DNA of 64,000 bases from contig LSRY02000016.1 in assembly GCA_001643675.2 (NCBI GenBank), positions 1,178,001-1,242,000 on the forward strand, in the 5' to 3' direction. Made by a program: the position numbers and the translations under genes. Below are positions 25,271 through 39,799 of the stretch, in pieces. Numbering within the stretch: the first letter of the stretch is position 1; each line of letters begins with the position of its first letter. The notes beneath the pieces were generated by a model. The model was not told the origin of the DNA, ran no database searches, and saw nothing but the letters and a program-made list of their open reading frames with translations. The stretch is from Monocercomonoides exilis PA203 (lineage: Eukaryota > Protista > Preaxostyla).

Positions 25271-26542
25271 AAAGATTTTTCTTGCAACTTTTGAAGAGGT
25301 GAAAAATATACAAATCAAACGGTTTTCCTTCAGCATTCATATGAATCCATGATATATAAATAAAAATTTAAATTCTCACTTTTTTCAAAGCTTGGTAAGT
25401 TCACTGTTGATCAGAAAACATTTTGTGAAAAAACATTCAAAATGGGGCTGCACAACAAATTCGTTTTAAGGAGAAGAAGATATTCTGCTGAGGGTTGTGA
25501 AGTGTTGGAGCGAGACAATATATATATATATATTTTTTTAAGTTTAGGCAGATATTCAAAAAGACAGAAAGCAATGTTGAGAGTTCCGTGCTCCATGTCA
25601 CATATCGAATTTTGATTTTGAGCTCACAATTTCATCTTTTGATTCACAAATGTTGATCTTGATGAAGACGATAATTGTTGGGATTTATGAAGCATGAGAT
25701 GCAATCGTTTTATCTTTACAATCTATTTCAGTGAATTTTGTGAATCTGAATTCAACAATTGTTGACAATAAAGAGGATATTTTATTCCCTCAGAGAAAGA
25801 AAGGATAAAAAGTTTTCAGTTTTCGTAAAATCTTTCTTTTCAAAATTATTGAAATTCAATCATTAATGAAACTGATGGCTAATTATCTTTTTCATTCACA
25901 AACTTTCATTTTTGAAAAACCCCAAGAAAAAGAAAAATATATGTATCCAACTTTTTTCTTCCACATGTCAAACTCATAATTAAATATCTATTTTCTTTTC
26001 TCCAACTATCCTGCAAGCAGCAACTGATAGATTAACAATAATAACCTCAGCTCACATCCAATTGACTTTTCTTGCACGAACTTCAAATATGTCTATTCCT
26101 CTGCTAAACTTTTTTGAAACAACTCTTCTCAAATGATAATTGTTTATGCTTTTTGCTATCACCCATTTGTCACTGTTTCATTTCACAAAGCCGTATTCGC
26201 ACAAAATCCAGAAAAAAGTGACAGAATTAGAAGTGCTACACATTTTCATCAAATTTCTTGTCTTCAATAATCCACAATGATCTCGTATCTATAAGTTTCT
26301 AAATTTTTTTGAAAAGTTCCTTTTGTGTAATTTTCAAATATAATAAAAATTTCATTTTTCAATCAAATTTATGTTCCCACTCACCAAATTTTCAGATCAG
26401 GAAAGAAAAATTTTGACAATGTTATTATTTCTATTTTTTGCGAAGTTTTGTGAGCATGAACAGAAATTTGATTGAAAAATGAAATTTTAATATTATTTGA
26501 TAATTAAACCAATGGAACTTTTCAAAAAAAATGAAGACATAT

Positions 26543-26813
26543 GGGGGGAAATACGGACTTTCAAGCTTTTTATGCACAAAGCAAGAAAAAATAGTTTCAC
26601 TTATAACATTTTTAAACTTTCCCAGATTTCAAAATAAATTTGATTTTCATAACTGTTAACAAACATCATTGATATAATGACATCATGTTTTATGACATCA
26701 AATGTATTTCGAAAAATAAACCCAATTTTTTCAAATTTTTTGATCACAAAAATATGTTCATTAAAAGTGCAAAAATTTTCTATGAAAATGCTTGAAGCAA
26801 AATATTTTGTCCC
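26543..26813. mobile_element. MITE family 2 (GGG...CCC, ~270 bp), 4-bp TSD ATAT
   Basis: GGGGGGAAATACGGACTTTCAAGC / GCTTGAAGCAAAATATTTTGTCCC flanked by ATAT on both sides; homologous to 35806-36075. Confidence 0.85.
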
Positions 26814-27199
26814 ATATCCACAGGATAATATGCATTACTCACACGTGTGACAATTGCAGAATGTTTTCTGTTACGCAAACAGATGCTTCTTCCACGACGA
26901 CAACATCTGTGTGGGATGAATCGGAAGTGCATGATCTTTTTCGTTCTCCACTTTCACCATCAACCCAAACATTATACTCATCAACCTATCCATTGCAGTC
27001 AATCACATCGATAAAGACAATTCACTTGCCCATTTCTCTTCTGTTATGCATTTTCTTCCAACACAAATGAACTTCTTTAACAGACATTCTTCAAAAAGTT
27101 TCATTTTTTTTAGCCAGACTCTCCCCATTGCTTCAAACGTAGCCTTTATTTTTTTCTGCTTTTGCTAATTTCGTGCAAGCTCTATCAGCCTCTTCGTTT

Positions 27200-28200
27200 C
27201 CTTTTCCATCTTTTTCAACTTCAACCACACAGTTGCTTTCAAATATCTTCTTCCACCACCAATGGCCCCATTTTCGTTCTACTCTGATTTCTCGCAGATC
27301 CCACATCTCATTTCCTCACTTCCGCCTCCTCCATCCCCACTTCTGTTTATTTTTCACACGATATGTACCCATTTCCTCACTTTTCACAACGACCTCCTTC
27401 CAATTTATGTTTTGATCAAGCATCACAGCTCTTTTATGAACAATGCTTTCTCTGAACTTCTCCTTGCACTTTTCATACAGCCGCAAGAGAAAAATCCACG
27501 AATCAGAAATAAAAACCATCTCTCCACTTTCAGTGACGAGTGAAGAAATTTTGACAAGCATTTCCACCTACTCTGCAGTTCTCACCAACTATCCACTTTC
27601 ACCACATCACCCTGTTGCATCTTTCGTTTTTTTTTTTTTTTTTCCTTCTTTCTCATTCTACCAAACATCTCCTTCTTCTCCTTTATAGCCTCCGGCAATT
27701 CTTTCACCTCCTTCACCTCGTTTCCTTTGAGTCGTGCTTATCTCTCTGCTCCATATTCTTCCTCTAATTTTTCTTGATGAATTTGTTCTTATCTTGCCAA
27801 AAATTCTGCTGGCCACTTGTCAACTTCACCTCCTTCTCTTGCAATACTCTTTCTGTATCATGTGCTCCTGCATATTTTTCCTCTTCTTTTCCTTGCCATC
27901 CTTTTCCTATTTCTTCCTGCTTCTCCATCACCTTTGTCTTCGTCACTTCACACGCAGTTCACCTCATCCAATCTCTTTATCTACATGCTTCACCAAGCCA
28001 ATCTCTAACTGTTCATATAGGGAAATCAGGAAATCTATCTTCGTTGGAATCAGCGAAGTTTCAAACAGATCTTCGATCGATGTGAATGCATTTGCATCTG
28101 TATCATCAAATATCCGCTTGATTAACGATTTCGTATCAACAGACACTGCAAGAAACGAAAGCGGAGCTGCTGGAGGAACCTAAAGCATTGCAGAAAGCTC
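27200..28200 (-). pseudogene. Decayed unknown-family gene, paralog of 16.4-17.2 kb
   Basis: Shared KRIF..D.NA..SI.DLF..SL motif followed by Glu/Lys-rich sequence; many stops. Confidence 0.5.
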
Positions 28201-29139
28201 CACGTAGAAGACACTCACAACACACCAATACAGTGCAATACTCAATTTTTCAACATATGTGCGATAAAACAAAAATCGATTGTTTTTTTAAAGAGATTAA
28301 TTTGTTCATTTATTTAATGTATTTAATAATAACTTTATCAACTGATGCAATATCAATTCCATAAATAATATAAGTCAATGAAAAAGATGAAAGAGAAAAA
28401 AAAGTTATATAAATAGACATAACAACTTTGCAATGTTCAAAAAACAAGATTGAATTCAATATTTCATATCGAAATTTTTGACAGAAAAAACATTACTGCA
28501 TGAATAATAATCCATATTCCCGCAAAGTCTTCAGCTTTAGCGGATACAGCATCAGCAACTTTGGCATGTTCGCGCTTTTACGCAAGTGTCCTCATGCAAC
28601 TCAAAAATATTTATTATTCGGTCTTGTTCATCTTAGCTTCCAACGTTAATAACCCCCACAAACTCGATGTGTCAAAAAGGTCGAATGTGGACAGAAAAGT
28701 TATTGAATGTTTTCAGACTTTGTATTGAAATAAGAAAAAATGAAAAGATGAATAATGAACGAAAGCTGCATTAAATGAGATTTACAACTTGATCAATAAA
28801 TGAGAAACAGTATTTGCACAAAATTTTGGTTTCTGCTCTTTTCAACATTCTAACTGCAATTTATTTTCCGTTTAAAATAAACATCACAACTTATTCAAAG
28901 TTTGCGAATCATTAATTTCAATATGAATATTTTGATTATTTTATTTTCATGATATTTCAAATAATCATTATAAAAGAAGATTCAACTTTGACGATCATCT
29001 GTCTATTTTCATTTTTCAACATTCTGAAATAAAAAAATATAATTAATGTAAGAAAAGAATGAACATATAAATGAAAGTTATTGTTTCCACCAAATGGCAA
29101 CAAAAAAAATTTTTTCGAAACAAAATATCAAGATTAAGC

Positions 29140-32100
29140 TGTCAATAAACATGACATTAATAAAAAAGATAGTATTTATCTCACTTCCTTCTTTTTATTC
29201 GGAGAGAATACACGTAGTTGAGCCTTTTATGAGATTATTTTTCTTAAAAATTATCTCATTTTTAATAAACGTTGAACAATCTAAACATTTGTTCCTTTTT
29301 GCACTGGAATCTTGTTCGCACCGACAGTCAAATCGTCTTTTCTTGAACAGCCTCGGCTGATGAACTGTAATCTTTCGCGCGAGCCTTTTTCCTTTCACAG
29401 AAAACTGGTGTTTGAACCTCTTTGAAGTTTGGCTCCCTCTCATCTTCCCAGTTCTCGCTCTAACATAAGAATTCACTGGGAGTGTTGCAATTTGATGTGT
29501 CATCATAAATAATTTTCTGCTTTTGGGAAGTGCCTGCTTCCACTGTTTGAATGAAGGTTTCATGTTGCGCTTGGCTATGTTCCAGTAGTGTTGTATCGGT
29601 TTGACATGAAATTGTTTTTGCACAAGTCATTGTCACGTCGGAACGAAAGAAGTGTATTGAGATCGTGCCACTCTTAGGAGATAGCCTTGCATATCTTGCA
29701 ATTTGTGCCACCGGAACTCCGGCCATTGTTAGTGCGGAAATGGAAGCATGCTTCAACGAATGAGGGCCAAAGAACTCTGGAACTCCTGCTTCAGTTAGGA
29801 ACTCTTTTGCTAGTTTTCTCAATGACCTTGCTGATAAGGTGTTCATTTGGTCTTTTCCAACAAATAAATGGACTGGGTTGGATTGTGTTGTATTAAGTCC
29901 CTCCCACAACTCCATGACTGCAGATGAGGTACATATTAATGGAGAGTTAATGAAGAAGGGAATGATGTTGTCCGTTTGTCCGAGAGTTGTATTTAACACG
30001 GTGTCCCATACAATTGAATCTTTTCTTATTGAGGATTCGTATATATCAATTCTTTCAATCTCAGAAAACTTGCATGCAGAAAAGAGCATAAACAAGCAGA
30101 TTGTTTTCTTTGTTTTGTTGTCGCAATTGAAGCTTTGATTTTTCCCCAAGTGTTTTGATGATGTTTGACATCATCTTTGGATATAAAATTAACAGGTTTT
30201 TTTTCTTTTTTTTTTCCTTTCTGTTCTTTTCGACAAATGAAACTGCATTCTTATGAGTTAAAATTCACTTAATCATCTGTCTAATAGAAGCTGAATTATT
30301 GTTGACATTGCAGATCTTTTTTGGAACAACAAAGACTCGTTTGTTCATCAAAAGCGAAGGGTGATGAAAATATCGGAGCATTTTCTAACCCAATCACTCC
30401 ACTCATCCGAAGGTGGGCCATATCCACGTTGAGCCCATTCCGATCCAAAATTAGACAGGCCCAACATGTACCCGTCCCACGTTGTTTGTGCTTGACTGGA
30501 TTTGCAAATTTCCATAACATTGTTTGAGAAACCTTTCACTTTGAGGACAGCCTTGAACAATTCTTCACCAGAGATTGTTACGGATTGAGAAGAACAACTC
30601 TCATTTTCCCTGGCGGAAGGTTGGCTTCTGTTCGTTTCATCCAAATCCCCAACTTCAGCAGAACCGCCTGGTTCCTCCACGTCCATTTGAATGTCCTTAT
30701 TCTGTTCAGAATTGGCTCCCAAATCTGTCCTTTCCAGTCTGGCATGAGTAGCAATACTCGCGCTTTCTCTTTCATTGTTTTCATGAGAACATGAGCAATA
30801 AGAGGAATACGATGATTGGCTTAAACTGTCTCTCCTCCTTGTGTAAGTTAAATCACTTCTTCGCACACAGGTTTTCCTAGACCTCAGTAGCGCTTCTCCT
30901 TTTGATTGAATCTTGTTACAAACGCATTGAGAGTGAATTTCAGATTCGTCATCCTCTTCAGTACTCGAAATGCTTCCGGTTTGATTGCGTAATCGCCTCT
31001 CATTTCCAGCCTTGACAGGGAGTCTGCTCTTGTGTTCCTTATTCTCGGGATTAGTCGCGCTTTCAATTGAATTTGATTCTTGTTTGTTAACCTTCAGATC
31101 CTTTTTTTACAAAGATCCCATTCCAATCCTGCATTCCATTAGATGACGTTGGATCTTGATGTTGAATTGCTTGATTTGATAATAAGTTTGTAATGTCCCT
31201 TTTTTTAAAGTTGACAAAAAATTGCTTTAAATTTTCCACATTGCCCATAACTCTCGAAAGTTTGATCTTTTCTTTTCTTTCTTTGGAGGGAGATTGTGAC
31301 GATAGTCCTGTGTTGTGTTTCAATTTTTTTAGACAAGTTCACATTGCTCTTTTGAAAGGAACTGTTGTCACAGTTTCATTGGACTGAAACGGATAGCAAA
31401 GAAAATTCGGCAAATTCAAAAAAAGTTTCAATCAACATTGTTGTGGACTGATCGTAGTTGGCTGAGTTATTTTCATCTTTCATGTTTATGAAGTTATTCG
31501 AATACTCTTGTTTTGAACTTTTTGCATCTGTGTGAGGAAAGTGGATGTTTCCTTGTTAGCGAATCTTATTGCATTGAGTTTTCCGATGAATGTGGACAAG
31601 TTTCTCACCAGAGTCTGGCTTGTGCGAATTGATTCTCTTTCAATTATCCACACTTTGAGATTTGTTTCAGTGATTTTCCTTTTTGCATACGAACAGTGAA
31701 GTTTTTTGTGCTCCACATAAAACCGAGACACGAAAATGTCTGAGAGAAATAAAATTGACAATTTTCTTTGTTTATAAGAAGCCCTAACTTGTTGAAAAGG
31801 CGGACGACTTCCTGTGCTGTGTGCTGAAGAAATTCTAGATTTTTGCAGAATAGTTTCATATCGTCGAGGAAAGTAATGAACTTGATTTTGAATTTTTGTC
31901 GAATAAACATGAAAACTTTTCTCATTATTATTGGAAAAAGCCTCTGGGCGTTTTTTGAGCTAAAAGGCATTCCGTTGAAACGATAGAAATTTCCGTTGAA
32001 TTCGAATGAAAGATAGGGAGAAGGAAAGTTATCCACCATAGAGAAATTGAAAGCCTGATGAAGATCGATCGAAACATAGAAATGTCGCACTTCTGTGATT

Positions 32101-33460
32101 CTTACCAATGATCTGAAGTCTTCCAATTTGAAGCAGACAGATTTGAGAGTTTTGTTCAGTTCCCTGTTGTCGATTATCTGTCTCCATCCTCCGGTCTTCT
32201 TTTTTATAACAAAAACTGGACTTAAGTTTTTAACTTCTTTCTTTTGGATCGGCTTGATTATTTTCAACTTCAATATCTCTTATATCATTATGCTCATTGC
32301 TTTTTGTGCTTCTTTTGATTGATAAATGTTGGTTTTATTTATCTTTTGGTTGGATAGTTTTTTCCGAACTCGCATGATTTTCCAAAATGCGAATGAGTGT
32401 TTTCTTTCCAGTTTTGCTCCATCGGTTTTCCACATTCTTTCCAACGCTTTGCAGTTCTTCCCCCAATAATGTCTTCATTCATGATTAATTTTGCTTCTGC
32501 TCCATGGATCGTTGCCTGGAGAGGTTTCTGATGTTGAAAAAGATCGGAATTCTCTTTCTGGCAAACGTCCGGGGTTCTGGATGAAAAAATTGTTTTTTTG
32601 ACACGTTAGACAAAAACGGTTTCGAGTATATCTTTTTGCTGTTGGAATAGCAAGGCGAGATATGGATATTTATATATGTGTGCAACTGCTCTTTTCTTTC
32701 TTGTTTCTTTGATTCTTCTATTGATTCTGTTTATCTTTTTATAAGAATCGTTGAAGAAAATTCGTCATTTATCTTCGAGGCTTCTGGAAACACAAATCTT
32801 GCTTCAAAGAGTTCATGTCCTGCATCCTTCAATGCTTTTCCAAGGAGGAGACAAAAGTCTGCAATCATTTTTTGTTTGAAATATTTTTCTGAAGTTATTT
32901 AGTGAGAATATAGTGATCTTTTCATCTTTGTTTAAAAAAAGTCTCGAATCTTTCTCCCATTCAATCCAACTCGTCTTTTCAAGAGGTGGCTGTTCTTGAA
33001 AAAGGTGGTGGAGTGTTCGACAAAAAGGGAGACAGATCTTTGCACAAAAAGGTAGAAACTATTTTTGAGTTCTCATTCACTGAAAGATTCATGTTTTGCA
33101 GGGTGATTTCTGGTGATTATCAAAAAATATCGAAGAAGGAATTCTCTAGACTAATTCCCTGGTCAGCAGGAGAGTCGGAGGAGATTGAATCTTCTTTTAT
33201 TTCTTGCCCAGCATGAGAATACAAAAGTGGAGAGGGAATAGTTTACGGAGAAGGAAAAGTTACCAAAAAAGTTGTGAAACTACTTGAAGGACCACCTGTC
33301 AGCGTTGCAGAGTTACGCTCGTCCGTAAGTCCAACTTCTAAAGAGGAATTTGATATTATCAATTTTTCAGATTAGTGATCGTGACTGACCCATAAAGTGA
33401 TGTTCTTGTTGACAAAGAGAAGGAAGAAAGAAGATGTTTCCTTTAAAATCATGGCACATT
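29140..33460 (-). mobile_element. DIRS-like element family B, near full length, decayed
   Basis: gag SPFLSNTPPP; RT 31644-32273 (WRQIIDNR, IDLHQAF, MPF, FLDD); RH NTRADSLSR; MT LLLMPDWKGQIW; YR 29460-30520 (HSLKH, ARLSP); left terminus ~33370-33460; ICR remnant 29150-29210. Confidence 0.92.
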
Positions 33461-34014
33461 TCATTTGATACAAAATAAAAACATAATATTTGATGATAAA
33501 CGAAATGTGCTAAAAGAAATATTTACAGACATTATATGATGGGTATTTAACAATCAAATATTGTTTTTCATTTGAGGCCTTTTTCAGATCAATTAATATT
33601 TTCACAAATTCTCAAAAAAAATAGAAAAAAAAGGACCCAGAGGTTTTTTATTTGGAAAAAAATAAAACACAACAAATGTTTTAATCGATAAATTGTGAAC
33701 TTTTGATTAACTTTTTGAGAATAAAAAATTTTGATAAATTGTGTTCTATTTTTGAAATTTATGAAATATCATAAAATATAATGTTAGGCAATCATTTATC
33801 CCTGTTTGTTGGAATGAAAATCCAATTTAATTACAAATCTGAAGAAGTTTTGTTTTATTGTGGGAATAATAAAGTTTTAATGATTTGTGCAAAAGCAGTT
33901 TGAATGTCCGTATTCACCTCCATTTTTTATTGAAACAAAAAAGTGAAGATCGATATTCATTAAATCTTTTTTATTGAATGAAAAATAGAATTTTTTGGAG
34001 AATTTATGTTATTA

Positions 34015-34700
34015 TGGAGAAACCATACAATGGCTCCACTATAACGTTGTGAACGCTATATGAAAATGCTCTATAGCAACATGTCGTTCATTAATGATTT
34101 TGATTAGAGGAAGCGAAGGAAAATGGTTCTTCAGATGCAGCAAATACTGAAAAGAAGTCTCTTATAGAACAGGAACTCCGTTTTCAAAATCTAGGCTTTC
34201 AATTTCAAATCTTATTCTGATCCTTTTCTTCTTTCACCATCAGCTCAATATAAAACAAACATCATCTCTAACTTCATGTTAAAGACACAGTGTTTCTTAT
34301 TATTAATGCATTTGCCTGAGAACATGCGCTCGGATGATTGGTGGAATCCAAACTCCCATTGGAGGTCCTGGCCGCATTGTGGAAATTGACGAAGCTGTTT
34401 GGAGAAGGCTAAAATACAAGAGAGGTTCTGAATTTTAATCTTTTGAAACTTAATTATCAATTTTCCTTTTTTTTTTATTAGTACGTGCTAAAAAGCAAAT
34501 TTGGATTTTCGGTGCTCAGGAACGTGGAGGAAAAGCATTTGTTTTCCCTGTGGAAAACCGATCTGCTTCAGTATTAATTCCGTTAATAAAAAAACATGTT
34601 CTCCCAAAAAAAATTTTTTTCTTTGATCAATGAACAGTTTATTATTCTCTGATGTAAAATGGATACACTAACGAAACTGCGAATCAAAATAATCAATTTA
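34015..34700 (+). mobile_element. Merlin/IS1595-like transposase pseudogene with intron 34425-34481
   Basis: IGGPGRIVEIDEAVWRR; after splicing KQIWIFGAQERGG, VENRSASVLIPLIKKHVLP; 3' truncated. Confidence 0.85.
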
Positions 34701-35805
34701 TTTGAAAACGTTTTCTCGAACAACAGATAGTTTCTCTAACAATTAATTTCTTAAGAAAAAAAATAATATCAATTATTTTCTATTTCTCTGTAAATGGAAA
34801 AGTTAATACTTATTAATTTATTATTTGAAATGATGAATTGATTCAAAAAAACATATATTTTGATATTATAAGAAAAAATATAAACAAAAAATTTGTTCAA
34901 AAAAAACAATTATTATCTTTAAAATAAAATTTATCTTTATCATTTTGAAAAAAATTAAATAAACTTTTTGAAGATAAAAAATTATATCACTTCCTTCATC
35001 AGAATTAATACATTTATAAAAATTGGAAACAAAAGATAAATTCTAGATATATAAATAATGAAATAGAAATATCAAATATTTATATTCTGAAGAAATTTAT
35101 TTTTTATTATGAAAAGTGTTTATTTTATAACATAATTAATTATTTTCTTATATTTTTGTTGATGAATAAGTTTTGATATTTTTGAAAAAGGAAAAATTAT
35201 GTTTGTGAAAAACATTTGATTTAAATTTGATTATTTAATAAATAATTTATTTCTTTCAGAATATTTTTTAGCTAAAAATATAAATCAGTTGTTATTAATA
35301 AAAAGTGAATTAACGTTTTCATAAAGTATTTTACGAGATATGATTAGATAATTACTAAAAATTATTTTCTTATAAATTTTGGAAGGAAAAAAGGTTTTTA
35401 ATATTCTGAATTAATTAGCTTGAGTTTTAATTTTTTCTTTTTTTTGGAAATGGAGAATTTGTTTTAGAAAATTGGATTTAAGTTATTGTTTTTATTAAAG
35501 AACAAATTTTTTGAAATCATTTTTAAAAATTGTTTGAATAATATAAATAACTATTTCATGGTTTTTAGTAATTCCTAAAAATATTCAAAAAAGAACTAAT
35601 TCTTTCAAAATGAATAATTAATGAAAGAATTATATATTTAACTAAAAAATAATTCATTTTCTCATATAAATAGAATAAATTTTTATTTCATTTGAAAGTT
35701 CTGCATTTCGAATCAGATAACGAAAAATAATAAAAATTTTTTTGGTGAATTTTTTCTATCACAAAAAGGAATAATATCAATTTTTCAATGAATAACTTAT
35801 TGCTT

Positions 35806-36075
35806 TGGTGCAAATTATTTGACTTCAAGCATTTTCATTGACAAATTATGCACATTTCATTGAATTTTTTATTTCAAAAAAACTCAACAAAAATGTGTCC
35901 ATTTTTTGAAATTCGTGAAACAACACAATACTTTATGTTTTGATTTCAACGATGATTGTTTGAGGATGTGAAAGTCAAATTAATTTCTAAATCTGAGAAA
36001 GATTTATAAAGTTATTAGTGAAACAATCTTTTCATGCTTTGTGCAATAAATGCTTGAAAGTCCATATTTTCCCCC
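35806..36075. mobile_element. MITE family 2 copy; 246 bp apparently identical to 46500-46745; followed by an inverted half copy 36080-36238
   Basis: Direct comparison by eye; ends in CCCCC|ATAT. Confidence 0.85.
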
Positions 36076-36444
36076 ATATGTTAACAGGCATCGTAGAAAT
36101 CAAAACATAAGGTTTTCCAAAATTTCTCGAATGTCAAAAAATGAAACAATTTTTGTTATGTTTTTTGATATAAAAAAAATCCAATGAAATGTGCAAAATT
36201 TTTGCTATGAAAATGCATGATGTTAGATATTTTCTCCCATATTTTTGAAAAAAAAATACAAAATTTTCTTATGTTCATAAATTTTCTGTTCACAATGAAG
36301 TAACTTTTCTAAAATGGAAATAATAACATTGTTATGGTTTTGTTTATATTTTTGAAAAGCTATATAATTGAAAACAAAAAATTGAAGAAAATATTAAATT
36401 TATGTATTATTTTAAAAATATAACGAAAGGAAGTTTTCTAAAAG

Positions 36445-36481
<37 letters not shown>

Positions 36482-36808
36482 AGCCATTTGTTGAAAAATA
36501 TGAATTTTTTTATTTTTCAGAAAAAATCATCATTGAAATTCGATTATTTTCAAATGAATTCATCTTCTATTATTGGATTATAAATTATTTAATCAAAAAA
36601 ACGTTATTATCAAAAAACAAATTATGAAAACAGGAATTTTTCATATTTGAAATATTCAATTCAGGTTCTTAAAGATTTCTTCATTTGTTTTTTTATGATT
36701 TTCCTGTACATATATCAACATAAATAAAGTTTTTTGATTTCACAATTCATAATCAAACAATGGGAGATGAATTCATTTAAAATTATTTGATTTCAATTGT
36801 GATGACTT

Positions 36809-37064
36809 GGGTGATTATTTATGAAATCATATTTTCACACACAATAATTTCGGTGTAAATATATTTCTTAAATATCGATAAAATAAATTGAAAAGTGAAT
36901 AGGTTTATTGAAGACATTTTCATCTTATATTTTGAAAAAATCCTATATTTTAAATACAATTGTCATGCTTCTTTTCTTTTGAAACAAAAATTTCTTTCGA
37001 AAGACTTTCAATCTTTGAATAATCAACACCCCGAAAAAAGATATGATAACAAAAATAATCACCC
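36809..37064. mobile_element. MITE family 1 copy, 4-bp TSD ACTT
   Basis: GGGTGATTATTTT...AAAATAATCACCC; ACTT at 36805-36808 and 37065-37068. Confidence 0.88.
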
Positions 37065-37259
37065 ACTTATTTCAGAAAAATTCATTTATTTCATGTTTGT
37101 TGACAAATAACACAAATCGATGTTCAATTTTTCAACATTTTTTTGAATATTAACAAAATAAAGTATGTTTATCACTTTTTCGAAACTCAGACAATAACCA
37201 AATTAACTCAAAAAAAAAATCTCTAAAAAAAATACTCAAATTAATCAATTCTGAATACT

Positions 37260-38165
37260 GTTAATATCGGATCTTATAACATCTGGTGTTGCACAACTTT
37301 TTGTGACTATTTCCGATTGTGATAATATTCGATATGACTCAACATTGAAATATGAAAAAAAAACAAATATTTGAAATAATTAATATTATGACTGTTTTTT
37401 TATTTTTTGAAATTCTTCAAAAATATACAATTTTCATTTTCAAAAATTATTTTTGCCATAAATGCACATTGTTTGAACTTATTTGAGCACATTTTTGAAA
37501 AATGAAAAAATGGACTTTTTTGGTTAAAAATTCGGTTTTTCATTGAAAAAATCATGCATAATAATAATAAATGTGATTAAATATATTCAACCCTGTGATT
37601 ATATGTGGTGGAAAATAAGGAACAATCGGTCAAAAACATCGATGCATTGAAAAAAAATGTGACTATAGTTGGTGTTAATAATTGTAAACACTTTCAATAA
37701 CTGTGGACAGTGTGATTATCTCAACAATCGTACAGTTGCATTTTGACAACAAACCGAATTATTCCCTCAATGAATATGAACTTATAAGACATACAGAAAT
37801 GAAACAATTTGCTCTGCATAATTTTGAATAAAACATTTTTAATTTTCGGAGAAACCCAAAGAAATTTAAATCTCAAAATATCTCCGAAAAATGAAAATAT
37901 GTCTTTCTTTATTCTTGGGAGCAAGTTGTTTCATTTTAGGTGACTTATGAGTTTGTGTTCTATAATGGAATAATTGGGTTAATTGTTTAAAAGCAACTGT
38001 ACGATTGTTGAGATAATCACACTGTCCACAGTTATTGAAAGTGTTTACAATTATTAACACCAACTATTTAACTGATGTTGACGATATTTGACATGATGAC
38101 ATCCGGTTTGTATTGCAGTCACAAAAAGTTGTTCAAAAACAGATGCAATCATATACGATTTTGAT
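37260..38165. repeat. Foldback/palindromic element centred near 37865, with a ~310-bp insert in the left arm
   Basis: 37665-37739 is the exact reverse complement of 37993-38067; degenerate complementarity continues to the centre; outer arms 37280-37345 / 38070-38145. Confidence 0.85.
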
Positions 38166-38328
38166 TAAGTTAAAATGAAAGAATTTTCCTCAAACTGATT
38201 TAATGATGATTTCTATTTATTCATCAAAATTATAAAAAAATATCATTATTTATATGAACGTTATTAGAATATTCTTTATTTTCTGCATTGTGTTGATCAT
38301 TCAGAATATGTTCAGCATAATGAATATC

Positions 38329-39050
38329 TTAATTTTTTGAAAGATCAATTTCTTTTTCCGCAATTGTGGGCTTGACTTCCTGAATAAAATGAATCAATTT
38401 TTCGAAAATGTCGGCAAAACTTGGATTAAGATTCCTTACCACAAGCCACATTGATAAGCAATCTGCAATGATTTTTTTTCGAATGCAGTGATTTGGTAAA
38501 AACAATCTTAAATGATTCCACAGCCCTTCAACAGTATTTGAAAATGCACCTGTTTCTGTATCTTTGATGTTCATTTTATGACAGACCGAAATATGTTCAT
38601 TGCTAATATCTTTCAGACAATTATAGCTTTTCCATTCATCACTAATTATTGTTGTTCCTAGTAAAATTCTATCTTGAATTATCGGGATCAATGTTTCTTT
38701 TGTTCTGCTTGGAACAATGATAACAAAATTTGTTCCAGCTCCTCCTCCTTCCTTCCTCTCAACTCCTCCGAAAATCCACAGCAAATCCTTCTTTCCTCCT
38801 CTTCCATATTTCCTTCTCCTCCAAACAGCTTCATCAATTCCCGTGCTTTCTCATAATCCTCCTAATTTTGGAATTGTTTCACTTTATATTTGTGTGCAAA
38901 CAACTCGAACAACGCTTGTCCAAAAGCCTATGGTTGGACGAGAAACACCTGTTTGAAAATGAATTTGTTTCAATTCTATTCGTATCATTAATAAACATTC
39001 AACACCTGACATAGCCACATAGGACACTTTCTCATTTGTTCATTATCCAT
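38329..39050 (-). mobile_element. Merlin/IS1595-like transposase pseudogene
   Basis: GIDEAVWRRRKYGR, WIFGGVER, RTKETLIPII, ISDEWKSY, VCH, NTVEGLW. Confidence 0.92.
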
Positions 39051-39310
39051 TTTTTGTTTAATTAAACATATTTTTTTTCTTATACATTAAATTTTTTTGA
39101 TTAACAATCACTGGACAACATTTGTGGAACGAAGAAATATCATATGGAACATTTATTTTTGTAAGTATTATATTGCATCATATTTCGAAAAAAAAACAAG
39201 AAAAAAATTGTTTCGTTTATTTTTGTTGATTATTGGCATATTTCTTTTTTAAAACATTTTTTTATTGTAATTTATTTATTTTATGATTATCTGAAAAAAT
39301 GAAAAAATAC

Positions 39311-39579
39311 AGGAAAAAATACAAAACTTAAAGCTTTTTCAAAGAAAAATATTGCACAGTGAATGGACTTTTCGTTCTCGAATAACATGAACTAAATGGT
39401 GTTTTATTTTTTTAGAAATACTCGTGAGATAACAACACATTTTGTTTTTATATAAGAGATGGTTTCAATCAATTATGAGTATTTGATATATTTTGTAATC
39501 TGACTAAGTAAAAGAAAGTTTTAGAAAATCAAATATTTCACACTTTGTGCAAAAAAAGCTTGAAAAAACGCATTATCCC
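39311..39579. mobile_element. Degenerate MITE family 2 copy
   Basis: Ends CTTTGTGCAAAAAAAGCTTGAAA...TCCC, like the other copies; similar length. Confidence 0.55.
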
Positions 39580-39799
39580 AATTAATAATCTGCTTTTTTT
39601 TTAAAACAATTTGAAATTGTTTTAAAATAAAAACAAATTGATTTTTGATGAAAAAGAAAGACAAATAATGCAAATCATTCTGGTAAAAAATGTTTTCTTA
39701 TCGAATGCTCATGTGCGAGTTATTGAGATTTTTTGTTAAGAAATCGATCATTCATACAAAAATTATATTTTAAAAACAAATATTAAACAATTTCAAAAA

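Noticed and set aside
26543-36075. Inverted MITE ends as TIRs of one 9.5-kb element
   Set aside because: Each end belongs to its own ~270-bp MITE
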